DNA from: Eledone cirrhosa
Lineage: Eukaryota
Reading direction: 5' to 3'
Length of the DNA stretch: 64,000 nt
NCBI GenBank assembly: GCA_964016885.1
Contig: OZ024749.1
Coordinates: forward strand, 620,001 to 684,000
Shown: positions 25,293 through 38,300 of the stretch, piece by piece
Layout: each line of letters starts with the position of its first letter
How positions within the stretch are numbered: the stretch's first letter is position 1
Translations under genes and position numbers: made by a program
Notes under the pieces: model-generated
The model's input: the letters and a program-made list of their open reading frames with translations, nothing else
The model's database searches: none
Told to the model about the DNA's origin: nothing

Positions 25293-25610
25293 ATGATTAA
25301 AACAGTCAAATTTTCTCAACTGTATGTTGTGTTGTGCATTGCTCTTATCATTGAACAATACTTCTGTTGGTGACTTGTTAGACTTATTGGCACTGGACAG
25401 CTCCTTAAACTGTGGCTGTTCGCTGTCAACAGAGTCAATTATGCTGTTCGAAGTTGGTGTTTGACGGAACTTTGATGGAGGAAAGTGTCCAGTTATGTCT
25501 GCCTTGCCTGAATCCAGGGAGGTACAGTTAATGTCCGTCGAAGTACCAGGCATGTCCGACTGGAGACTTCTAGTCATATAGCGTTTATCTCTTAGCATTG
25601 CAAGATAGTT
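25293..25610 (-). CDS. host gene upstream exon (NYLAMLRDKRYMTRSLQS...DCFNH); possible start ATG at 25598
   Basis: Acceptor TTTGTTTGTTTTCAG and donor CAT|GTAAGT. The 318 nt are open, and the phase-0 exit matches the exon starting at 17255. Confidence 0.8.
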
Positions 25611-26984
25611 CTGAAAACAAACAAAAACAAGACAAAAATGATCAATACATGAGACAGCCATTATATATGTAATCCAAGGAAAAACAGACATATGATGAGG
25701 AGCAGGTGGAGGAGTGTGTCATTATCATTGATATTTTACATCTGCTTTCCATGTTGGCATTAGTTGGGTCATTCTGGTCCAAGTAACTAATTATTCAGAG
25801 TTACACCCAACAAATTAGATGACCCTCCCACCCCCTTCCTTGCCTATACCTTCCAATTTTGGCATGATTTCAACAGCCAAATGGACCTTGCTATCACTAA
25901 CCCTTTTACAGAGTGTACTGGGTGCACTTTATCATGGCACCATCAATAGCAGCTTAATTTCTAATTTAAGTACAAGGCCAGCAATTTAGGGGAAGAGATA
26001 AGTCAATCAAATTGACCCCAGTATCTTCTGTGTCACAGACATGACAACCCCTTTAGTGTTGATGCAACAATAAAATGCACCCGGTCATTGTGAAAATTTA
26101 CAGTAAACTGAAATGAACATTTTGATTTACATATTACAAATCTTTACATATTTGGATAACACCTATGTCGATAACACCTATGTCCAAAACACCTCTCTTT
26201 AACATCCTGTAAAAAAATATCTGCTTAAAAAAAAAAGTTTATTAATTCAAATGTTTATAGTATCTTTACTAGTGAATAGATCAGCATGAACATTTGAATT
26301 ATTAGTAAAGACTTTAATTATAATATGGTGGTGAAATGGCAGTGTCCTTAGAATGTCAGAGAGAATGCTTTGTGATATTTGTTCCAGTCTAATACTGGGT
26401 TGTTTCCTCCTCGCTACTTCTCTATATTTTTCCTTCTCCAATAGAAATTGGCTGTGTTCAGAACTGGAGAGGAGATGGGCGCCACCAGGCTTTTAAAAAA
26501 AAGGCCCCTAAATGCTGTATGACACTACGGCACCCTTACAAGTCCACCAGGAGTTATGGGTTCATAAATAGACATAGTGCTGTTTTGTACATTTCAAGAA
26601 TGTGTTGCTAATGTGGTGTCACACAGTACTGGATGTTAAAAGTTAAACATAACTCTTTATAATTAAAGGTTGGTATCAAAAGAGTTAAACAATGGCTGCA
26701 CTAATTTTGCCTGTTTCACAGGTACATCAACCTGAAATAAAAGTATTGGGAGAGACTCGTCATTCATCATTATCAGCATCATAATCATCACCATTTAAAA
26801 TCTATTTTCCATGGGTTGTCATGAGGCTAGACAGGCCAAGTGATCAAGTTTATCATGTGTTCTATTAAGGGTTTGAAGGCAGGGTGCCCTTCCTAATACA
26901 AACTACTTCACAGACTAGGAGCAATGTATTGTGACTCCAGCAATACCACTTTACCAGGTTAACTGGATGCTTTTTTTGTCATCG

Positions 26985-27279
26985 AACCAGCAGTTACACC
27001 TTACAGGGTCATGGCACCAGCACTAACACCTTACAGGGTCATGGCTCCAGCACTAACACCTTACAGGGTCATGGCACCAGCACTAACACCTTACAGGGTC
27101 ATGGCACCAGTACTAATACCTTACAGGGTCATGGCACCAGCACTAACACCTTACAGGGTCATGGCACCAGCACTAACACCTTACAGGGTCATGGCACCAG
27201 CACTAACACCTTACAGGGTCATGGCACCAACACTAACACCTTACAGGGTCATGGCACCAGCACTAATACCTTACAGGGT
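26985..27279. repeat. 30-bp minisatellite (CATGGCACCAGCACTAACACCTTACAGGGT) x ~9-10 inside an RTE-type 3' UTR
   Basis: Tandem repeats flanked by RTE tail sequence (26760-27320). Confidence 0.95.
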
Positions 27280-27367
27280 GGACTGGGTGTTTGTTTGTCA
27301 TGACACCAGTACTTTACAAAACAGAAACTGGAAATAAGGATCCCTGCTTCCCCAGTAGACTATAGAG

Positions 27368-27510
27368 CAGGGGTCGGCAACCCCCAGCCCGAGGACCACA
27401 TCCGGCCCTCGAGTGATTTTTGTCCGGCCTGCCATCTTACACTGGACAGTATTTATCTAATTAGTATCGAATACAGATACAGTAGTTCACTTCAAGGTTG
27501 TGCCGACCTG
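27368..27510. mobile_element. hAT/Charlie-like (MER58-like) MITE
   Basis: CAGGGGTCGGCAAC...GGCCC... at the left end and a degenerate GTTGTGCCGACCTG at the right end. Confidence 0.6.
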
Positions 27511-28360
27511 ATGTCCATTACAAATTACTGCTCATACCGTATATATTTACAGATACCTTTGTAACCTTATATTTTCCATTTATTATTATTTCCTCTTATC
27601 CATCTTTTTCTGGGCTTTCCGCCAAGCAATATATCACCTGTGTTATTAAGTATTATATCACCTGTATTATTAAGCATTATATCACCTGTATTATTATTTC
27701 CTGTGATTTCATGTATGTGTTTTTGTTCCAGTCAACAAACACAAATGTTGGCTGGAAGTATGCCTTTCCGTCAGCGACTGGAAGGTATACTACCTTACGG
27801 TTTATACCCATATTCAATAAAATCACTCATGAATTATTGTCGTCTTTGTTTGCCTGACCTTAAGTTGTTGACAATGAATGATTTTGGCTTCTTCTATCTC
27901 ACCATTTCAAGAGCACTAGTGATACATACATGCATAAGTACACATACATACACACGTATACACATACATACACACAGTAGTATATCACTATCTCATATCA
28001 TACATACACACACAAATTAGTAGTATATTACCATCTCATCTCATATCCATACACAGCAGTATATCACACACATGCTCACATTAACAGTATATCACTATTT
28101 CATACATGTTTGCATGCACACACACCTGTTTCTAGGTCATCTTTCTTGCCACAGAAAGGGTTAACGTTGCTGGCTCCATGACAAGGTATCTGAGGTTCTA
28201 TATAGCTGGACATAGCCTTTCTGGTGCCAGCCAGAGATATGGTGTACCTATTTTAAACCAGGTACACACAACCACATACAGATAGACAGACATCAATAAC
28301 TATATTACCTTTATCAAAAAGAACTGTAGAAATTCTTAAAAGAGCTGAATGAAACTGAAG

Positions 28361-28623
28361 GCATATTTCAACACCGCATGTACCAATATCAAGGCATATT
28401 TCAACACCACATGTACCTATATCAAGACATATTTCAACACCACATGTACCTATATCAAGACATATTTCAACACCACATGTACCTATATCAAGACATATTT
28501 CAACACTACATGTACCTATATCAAGACATATTTCAACACCACATGTACCAATATCAAGACATATTTCAACACCACATGTACCTATATCAAGACATATTTC
28601 AACACCACATGTACTTATATCAA
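28361..28623. repeat. 33-bp minisatellite (CATATTTCAACACCACATGTACCTATATCAAGA) x8
   Basis: Direct tandem repeats. Confidence 0.95.
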
Positions 28624-29386
28624 ACAATTTTGTTTATCTTTCTCTACTGATCTACCCTTAGTACTTACATAACTCTATATTTACACTGAGTTACAAAAAA
28701 TTTTTTTTTATAAATTGTCTAAGTTTTTTCAAATGATTTAGGACAATGTTGCACTGTTTAATCTGAAAATGACACCTGTTTCTCTCAATCAGGTTTTTGT
28801 GCTAAGCCTATTAAAAAAATATCCGATCTTCTGACTAAATTGATTACATTTTTGTAAATATTTCTCACCCGAAATAGGTTTTTAAGAGAACAAAAATTGT
28901 TTTCTAACATAATTCATTAATTAAAAGTTACAAAAATTGATTAGTATACATTGAATAGTAAAGATTGATGAAGGTGAATACAGTACTACAGTACATGTAA
29001 ATTGGATATTAGGTCATCACTGTTCAAATTTCATGGCTTGAGCTTCCGTTCCTTTGAACTGCTAGAATGCACAGTGGCAGGGATGTCTCTCTTCAGAGTC
29101 CAACAGTAATCAACCATCATCACTGCATCCCCGCATCCCTGATACCTGATCATTGTTTTAATGTTCATCTTCCACGCCAGCATGAGTAGGGCAACTGTAC
29201 TAACTATAATAATAATTCTTTTTAACAGGATCAGTTTCAAGATGTTTTGTATCAAAAGAGTGTAATATTTCTTGAAGACGTCTCATCTACATATTCACAG
29301 GTTCAGCACTAAACCAGCAAGTTTATATTTTACAACAGTCAATGTATGTATAAAGTATGTGATGTATATATGGCTATATAGGTGTG

Positions 29387-32300
29387 ACTGTGTGTGCTGT
29401 ATGGTGAGTTAGGTGACTGTGTAGTGTATGGTGTGTACTGTATGGTGTGTACTGTATGGTGTGTTAGGTAGGTGTGTACTGTATGGTGTGTTAGGTAGGT
29501 GTGTACTGTATGGTGAGTTAGGTGACTGTGTAGTATATGGTGTGTTAGGTAGGTGTGTACTGTATGGTGTGTTAGGTAGGTGTGTACTGTATGGTGGGTT
29601 AGGTAGGTGTGTACTGTATGGTGTGTTAGGTAGGTGTGTACTGTATGGTGTGTTAGGTAGGTGTGTACTGTATGGTGAGTTAGGTGACTGTGTAGTGTAT
29701 GGTGTGTTAGGTAGGTGTGTACTGTATGGTGAGTTATGTGACTGTGTAGTGTATGGTGTGTTAGGTAGGTGTGTACTGTATGGTGTGTTAGGTAGGTGTG
29801 TACTGTATGGTGAGTTAGGTGACTGTGTAGTGTATGGTGTGTTAGGTAGGTGTGTACTGTATGGTGTGTTAGGTAGGTGTGTACTGTATGGTGTGTTAGG
29901 TGACTGTGTAGTGTATGGTGTGTTAGGTAGGTGTGTACTGTATGGTGTGTTAGGTAGGTGTGTACTGTATGGTGAGTTAGGTGACTGTGTAGTGTATGGT
30001 GTGTTAGGTAGGTGTGTACTGTATGGTGTGTTAGGTAGGTGTGTACTGTATGGTGAGTTAGGTGACTGTGTAGTGTATGGTGTGTTAGGTAGGTGTGTAC
30101 TGTATGGTGTGTTAGGTAGGTGTGTACTGTATGGTGTGTTAGGTAGGTGTGTACTGTATGGTGAGTTAGGTGACTGTGTAGTATATGGTGTGTTAGGTAG
30201 GTGTGTACTGTATGGTGTGTTAGGTAGGTGTGTACTGTATGGTGAGTTAGGTGACTGTGTAGTGTATGGTGTGTTAGGTAGGTGTGTACTGTATGGTGAG
30301 TTAGGTGACTGTGTAGTGTATGGTGTGTTAGGTAGGTGTGTACTGTATGGTGAGTTAGGTGACTGTGTAGTGTATGGTGTGTTAGGTAGGTGTGTACTGT
30401 ATGGTGTGTTAGGTAGGTGTGTACTGTATGGTGAGTTAGGTGACTGTGTAGTGTATGGTGTGTTAGGTAGGTGTGTACTGTATGGTGTGTTAGGTAGGTG
30501 TGTACTGTATGGTGTGTTAGGTAGGTGTGTACTGTATGGTGAGTTAGGTGACTGTGTAGTGTATGGTGTGTTAGGTAGGTGTGTACTGTATGGTGGGTTA
30601 GGTAGGTGTGTAGTATATGGCGTGTTAGGTAGGTGTGTACTGTATGGTGAGTTAGGTAGGTGTGTACTGTATGGTGTGTACTGTATGGTGTGTTAGGTAG
30701 GCGTGTACTGTATGGTGAGTTAGGTGACTGTAGTGTATGGTGTGTTAGGTAGGTGTGTACTGTATGGTGTGTTAGGTAGGTATGTACTGTATGGTGTGTT
30801 AGGTAGGTGTGTACTGTATGGTGTGTTAGGTAGGTGTGTACTGTATGGTGTGTTAGGTAGGTGTGTACTGTATGGTGAGTTAGGTGACTGTGTAGTGTAT
30901 GGTGTGTTAGGTAGGTGTGTACTGTATGGTGTGTTAGGTAGGTGTGTACTGTATGGTGAGTTAGGTGACTGTGTACTGTATGGTGGGTTAGGTAGGTGTG
31001 TACTGTATGGTGGGTTAGGTAGGTGTGTACTGTATGGTGTGTTAGGTAGGTGTGTACTGTATGGTGTGTTAGGTAGGTGTGTACTGTATGGTGAGTTAGG
31101 TGACTGTGTAGTGTATGGTGTGTTAAGTAGGTGTGTACTGTATGGTGTGTTAGGTGACTGTGTAGTGTATGGTGTGTTAGGTAGGTGTGTACTGTATGGT
31201 GTGTTAGGTAGGTGTGTACCGTATGGTGTGTTAGGTAGGTGTGTACTGTATGGTGTGTTAGGTAGGTGTGTACTGTATGGTGAGTTAGGTGACTGTGTAG
31301 TGTATGGTGTGTTAGGTAGGTGTGTACTGTATGGTGAGTTAGGTGACTGTGTAGTGTATGGTGTGTTAGGTAGGTGTGTACTGTATGGTGTGTTAGGTAG
31401 GTGTGTACTGTATGGTGAGTTAGGTGACTGTGTACTGTATGGTGGGTTAGGTAGGTGTGTACTGTATGGTGTGTTAGGTAGGTGTGTACTGTATGGTGTG
31501 TTAGGTAGGTGTGTACTGTATGGTGAGTTAGGTGACTGTGTAGTGTATGGTGTGTTAGGTAGGTGTGTACTGTATGGTGAGTTAGGTGACTGTGTAGTGT
31601 ATGGTGTGTTAGGTAGGTGTGTACTGTATGGTGTGTTAGGTAGGTGTGTACTGTATGGTGAGTTAGGTGACTGTGTAGTATATGGTGTGTTAGGTAGGTG
31701 TGTACTGTATGGTGTGTTAGGTAGGTGTGTACTGTATGGTGAGTTAGGTGACTGTGTAGTGTATGGTGTGTTAGGTAGGTGTGTACTGTATGGTGTGTTA
31801 GGTAGGTGTGTACTGTATGGTGAGTTAGGTGACTGTGTAGTGTATGGTGGGTTAGGTAGGTGTGTACTGTATGGTGTGTTAGGTAGGTGTGTACTGTATG
31901 GTGTGTACTGTATGGTGTGTTAGGTAGGCGTGTACTGTATGGTGAGTTAGGTGACTGTAGTGTATGGTGTGTTAGGTAGGTGTGTACTGTATGGTGTGTT
32001 AGGTAGGTATGTACTGTATGGTGTGTTAGGTAGGTGTGTACTGTATGGTGTGTTAGGTAGGTGTGTACTGTATGGTGTGTTAGGTAGGTGTGTACTGTAT
32101 GGTGAGTTAGGTGACTGTGTAGTGTATGGTGTGTTAGGTAGGTGTGTACTGTATGGTGTGTTAGGTAGGTGTGTACTGTATGGTGAGTTAGGTGACTGTG
32201 TACTGTATGGTGGGTTAGGTAGGTGTGTACTGTATGGTGGGTTAGGTAGGTGTGTACTGTATGGTGTGTACTGTATGGTGTGTTAGGTAGGTGTGTACTG

Positions 32301-35300
32301 TATGGTGAGTTAGGTGACTGTGTAGTGTATGGTGTGTTAAGTAGGTGTGTACTGTATGGTGTGTTAGGTGACTGTGTAGTGTATGGTGTGTTAGGTAGGT
32401 GTGTACTGTATGGTGTGTTAGGTAGGTGTGTACCGTATGGTGTGTTAGGTAGGTGTGTACTGTATGGTGTGTTAGGTAGGTGTGTACTGTATGGTGAGTT
32501 AGGTGACTGTGTAGTGTATGGTGTGTTAGGTAGGTGTGTACTGTATGGTGAGTTAGGTGACTGTGTAGTGTATGGTGTGTTAGGTAGGTGTGTACTGTAT
32601 GGTGAGTTAGGTGACTGTGTACTGTATGGTGCGTTAGGTAGGTGTGTAGTGTATGGTGTGTTAGGTAGGTGTGTACTGTATGGTGTGTTAGGTAGGTGTG
32701 TACTGTATGGTGCGTTAGGTAGGTGTGTACTGTATGGTGAGTTAGGTGACTGTGTAGTGTATGGTGTGTTAGGTAGGTGTGTACTGTATGGTGAGTTAGG
32801 TGACTGTGTAGTGTATGGTGTGTTAGGTAGGTGTGTACTGTATGGTGTGTTAGGTAGGTGTGTACTGTATGGTGAGTTAGGTGACTGTGTACTGTATGGT
32901 GGGTTAGGTAGGTGTGTACTGTATGGTGTGTTAGGTAGGTGTGTACTGTATGGTGTGTTAGGTAGGTGTGTACTGTATGGTGAGTTAGGTGACTGTGTAG
33001 TGTATGGTGTGTTAGGTAGGTGTGTACTGTATGGTGAGTTAGGTGACTGTGTAGTGTATGGTGTGTTAGGTAGGTGTGTACTGTATGGTGTGTTAGGTAG
33101 GTGTGTACTGTATGGTGAGTTAGGTGACTGTGTACTGTATGGTGGGTTAGGTAGGTGTGTACTGTATGGTGTGTTAGGTAGGTGTGTACTGTATGGTGTG
33201 TTAGGTAGGTGTGTACTGTATGGTGAGTTAGGTGACTGTGTAGTGTATGGTGTGTTAGGTAGGTGTGTACTGTATGGTGAGTTAGGTGACTGTGTAGTGT
33301 ATGGTGTGTTAGGTAGGTGTGTACTGTATGGTGTGTTAGGTAGGTGTGTACTGTATGGTGAGTTAGGTGACTGTGTAGTATATGGTGTGTTAGGTAGGTG
33401 TGTACTGTATGGTGTGTTAGGTAGGTGTGTACTGTATGGTGAGTTAGGTGACTGTGTAGTGTATGGTGTGTTAGGTAGGTGTGTACTGTATGGTGTGTTA
33501 GGTAGGTGTGTACTGTATGGTGAGTTAGGTGACTGTGTAGTGTATGGTGGGTTAGGTAGGTGTGTACTGTATGGTGTGTTAGGTAGGTGTGTACTGTATG
33601 GTGTGTACTGTATGGTGTGTTAGGTAGGCGTGTACTGTATGGTGAGTTAGGTGACTGTAGTGTATGGTGTGTTAGGTAGGTGTGTACTGTATGGTGTGTT
33701 AGGTAGGTATGTACTGTATGGTGTGTTAGGTAGGTGTGTACTGTATGGTGTGTTAGGTAGGTGTGTACTGTATGGTGTGTTAGGTAGGTGTGTACTGTAT
33801 GGTGAGTTAGGTGACTGTGTAGTGTATGGTGTGTTAGGTAGGTGTGTACTGTATGGTGTGTTAGGTAGGTGTGTACTGTATGGTGAGTTAGGTGACTGTG
33901 TACTGTATGGTGGGTTAGGTAGGTGTGTACTGTATGGTGGGTTAGGTAGGTGTGTACTGTATGGTGTGTACTGTATGGTGTGTTAGGTAGGTGTGTACTG
34001 TATGGTGAGTTAGGTGACTGTGTAGTGTATGGTGTGTTAAGTAGGTGTGTACTGTATGGTGTGTTAGGTGACTGTGTAGTGTATGGTGTGTTAGGTAGGT
34101 GTGTACTGTATGGTGTGTTAGGTAGGTGTGTACCGTATGGTGTGTTAGGTAGGTGTGTACTGTATGGTGTGTTAGGTAGGTGTGTACTGTATGGTGAGTT
34201 AGGTGACTGTGTAGTGTATGGTGTGTTAGGTAGGTGTGTACTGTATGGTGAGTTAGGTGACTGTGTAGTGTATGGTGTGTTAGGTAGGTGTGTACTGTAT
34301 GGTGAGTTAGGTGACTGTGTACTGTATGGTGCGTTAGGTAGGTGTGTAGTGTATGGTGTGTTAGGTAGGTGTGTACTGTATGGTGTGTTAGGTAGGTGTG
34401 TACTGTATGGTGCGTTAGGTAGGTGTGTACTGTATGGTGAGTTAGGTGACTGTGTAGTGTATGGTGTGTTAGGTAGGTGTGTACTGTATGGTGAGTTAGG
34501 TGACTGTGTAGTGTATGGTGTGTTAGGTAGGTGTGTACTGTATGGTGTGTTAGGTAGGTGTGTACTGTATGGTGAGTTAGGTGACTGTGTACTGTATGGT
34601 GGGTTAGGTAGGTGTGTACTGTATGGTGTGTTAGGTAGGTGTGTACTGTATGGTGTGTTAGGTAGGTGTGTACTGTATGGTGAGTTAGGTGACTGTAGTG
34701 TATGGTGTGTTAAGTAGGTGTGTACTGTATGGTGTGTTAGGTGACTGTGTAGTGTATGGTGTGTTAGGTAGGTGTGTACTGTATGGGGTGTTAGGTAGGT
34801 GTGTACTGTATGGTGTGTTAGGTAGGTGTGTACTGTATGGTGTGTTAGGTAGGTGTGTACTGTATGGTGTGTTAGGTAGGTGTGTACTGTATGGTGAGTT
34901 AGGTGACTGTGTAGTGTATGGTGCGTTAGGTAGGTGTGTACTGTATGGTGTGTTAGGTAGGTGTGTAGTGTATGGTGTGTTAGGTAGGTGTGTACTGTAT
35001 GGTGTGTTAGGTAGGTGTGTACTGTATGGTGTGTTAGGTAGGTGTGTACTGTATGGTGTGTTAGGTAGGTGTGTACTGTATGGTGAGTTAGGTGACTGTG
35101 TAGTGTATGGTGTGTTAGGTAGGTGTGTACTGTATGGTGAGTTAGGTGACTGTGTAGTATATGGTGTGTTAGGTAGGTGTGTACTGTATGGTGAGTTAGG
35201 TGACTGTGTAGTATATGGTGTGTTAGGTAGGTGTGTACTGTATGGTGTGTTAGGTAGGTGTGTACTGTATGGTGAGTTAGGTGACTGTGTAGTGTATGGT

Positions 35301-38300
35301 GTGTTAGGTAGGTGTGTACTGTATGGTGAGTTAGGTGACTGTGTAGTGTATGGTGTGTTAGGTAGGTGTGTACTGTATGGTGTGTTAGGTAGGTGTGTAC
35401 TGTATGGTGAGTTAGGTGACTGTGTAGTGTATGGTGTGTTAGGTAGGTGTGTAGTGTATGGTGTGTTAGGTAGGTGTGTACTGTATGGTGGGTTAGGTAG
35501 GTGTGTAGTATATGGTGTATTAGGTAGGTGTGTACTGTATGGTGAGTTAGGTGACTGTGTAGTGTAGGTGTGTACTGTATGGTGTGTTAGGTAGGTGTGT
35601 AGTATATGGTGTGTTAGGTAGGTATGTACTGTATGGTGTGTTAGGTAGGTGTGTACTGTATGGTGTGTTAGGTAGGTGTGTACTGTATGGTGTGTTAGGT
35701 AGGTGTGTACTGTATGGTGAGTTAGGTGACTGTGTACTGTATGGTGGGTTAGGTAGGTGTGTACTGTATGGTGTGTTAGGTAGGTGTGTACTGTATGGTG
35801 AGTTAGGTGACTGTGTAGTGCATGGTGTGTTAGGTAGGTGTGTACTGTATGGTGAGTAAGGTGACTGTGTAGTGTATGGTGTGTTAGGTAGGTGTGTACT
35901 GTATGGTGTGTACTGTATGGTGAGCTAGGTGACTGTGTACTGTATGGTGGGTTAGGTAGGTGTGTACTGTATGGTGTGTTAGGTAGGTGTGTACTGTATG
36001 GTGTGTTAGGTAGGTGTGTACTGTATGGTGAGTTAGGTGACTGTGTAGTGTATGGTGTGTTAGGTAGGTGTGTACTGTATGGTGAGTTAGGTGACTGTGT
36101 AGTGTATGGTGTGTTAGGTAGGTGTGTACTGTATGGTGTGTTAGGTAGGTGTGTACTGTATGGTGAGTTAGGTGACTGTGTAGTATATGGTGTGTTAGGT
36201 AGGTGTGTACTGTATGGTGTGTTAGGTAGGTGTGTACTGTATGGTGAGTTAGGTGACTGTGTAGTGTATGGTGTGTTAGGTAGGTGTGTACTGTATGGTG
36301 AGTTAGGTGACTGTGTAGTGTATGGTGGGTTAGGTAGGTGTGTACTGTATGGTGTGTTAGGTAGGTGTGTACTGTATGGTGTGTACTGTATGGTGTGTAC
36401 TGTATGGTGTGTTAGGTAGGCGTGTACTGTATGGTGAGTTAGGTGACTGTAGTGTATGGTGTGTTAGGTAGGTGTGTACTGTATGGTGTGTTAGGTAGGT
36501 ATGTACTGTATGGTGTGTTAGGTGACTGTGTAGTGTATGGTGTGTTAGGTAGGTGTGTACTGTATGGTGTGTTAGGAGGTGTGTACTGTATGGTGAGTTA
36601 GGTGACTGTGTAGTGTATGGTGTGTTAGGTAGGTGTGTACTGTATGGTGTGTTAGGTAGGTGTGTACTGTATGGTGAGTTAGGTGACTGTGTACTGTATG
36701 GTGGGTTAGGTAGGTGTGTACTGTATGGTGTGTTAGGTAGGTGTGTACTGTATGGTGTGTTAGGTAGGTGTGTACTGTATGGTGAGTTAGGTGACTGTGT
36801 AGTGTATGGTGTGTTAGGTAGGTGTGTACTGTATGGTGAGTTAGGTGACTGTGTAGTGTATGGTGTGTTAGGTAGGTGTGTACTGTATGGTGTGTTAGGT
36901 AGGTGTGTACTGTATGGTGAGTTAGGTGACTGTGTAGTATATGGTGTGTTAGGTAGGTGTGTACTGTATGGTGTGTTAGGTAGGTGTGTACTGTATGGTG
37001 AGTTAGGTGACTGTGTAGTGTATGGTGTGTTAGGTAGGTGTGTACTGTATGGTGAGTTAGGTGACTGTGTAGTGTATGGTGGGTTAGGTAGGTGTGTACT
37101 GTATGGTGTGTTAGGTAGGTGTGTACTGTATGGTGTGTACTGTATGGTGTGTTAGGTAGGCGTGTACTGTATGGTGAGTTAGGTGACTGTAGTGTATGGT
37201 GTGTTAGGTAGGTGTGTACTGTATGGTGTGTTAGGTAGGTATGTACTGTATGGTGTGTTAGGTAGGTGTGTACTGTATGGTGTGTTAGGTAGGTGTGTAC
37301 TGTATGGTGTGTTAGGTAGGTGTGTACTGTATGGTGAGTTAGGTGACTGTGTAGTGTATGGTGTGTTAGGTAGGTGTGTACTGTATGGTGTGTTAGGTAG
37401 GTGTGTACTGTATGGTGAGTTAGGTGACTGTGTACTGTATGGTGGGTTAGGTAGGTGTGTACTGTATGGTGGGTTAGGTAGGTGTGTACTGTATGGTGTG
37501 TTAGGTAGGTGTGTACTGTATGGTGTGTTAGGTAGGTGTGTACTGTATGGTGAGTTAGGTGACTGTGTAGTGTATGGTGTGTTAAGTAGGTGTGTACTGT
37601 ATGGTGTGTTAGGTGACTGTGTAGTGTATGGTGTGTTAGGTAGGTGTGTACTGTATGGTGTGTTAGGTAGGTGTGTACCGTATGGTGTGTTAGGTAGGTG
37701 TGTACTGTATGGTGTGTTAGGTAGGTGTGTACTGTATGGTGAGTTAGGTGACTGTGTAGTGTATGGTGTGTTAGGTAGGTGTGTACTGTATGGTGAGTTA
37801 GGTGACTGTGTAGTGTATGGTGTGTTAGGTAGGTGTGTACTGTATGGTGAGTTAGGTGACTGTGTACTGTATGGTGCGTTAGGTAGGTGTGTAGTGTATG
37901 GTGTGTTAGGTAGGTGTGTACTGTATGGTGTGTTAGGTAGGTGTGTACTGTATGGTGTGTTAGGTAGGTGTGTACTGTATGGTGAGTTAGGTGACTGTGT
38001 AGTGTATGGTGTGTTAGGTAGGTGTGTACTGTATGGTGAGTTAGGTGACTGTGTAGTGTATGGTGTGTTAGGTAGGTGTGTACTGTATGGTGTGTTAGGT
38101 AGGTGTGTACTGTATGGTGAGTTAGGTGACTGTGTACTGTATGGTGGGTTAGGTAGGTGTGTACTGTATGGTGTGTTAGGTAGGTGTGTACTGTATGGTG
38201 TGTTAGGTAGGTGTGTACTGTATGGTGAGTTAGGTGACTGTAGTGTATGGTGTGTTAAGTAGGTGTGTACTGTATGGTGTGTTAGGTGACTGTGTAGTGT

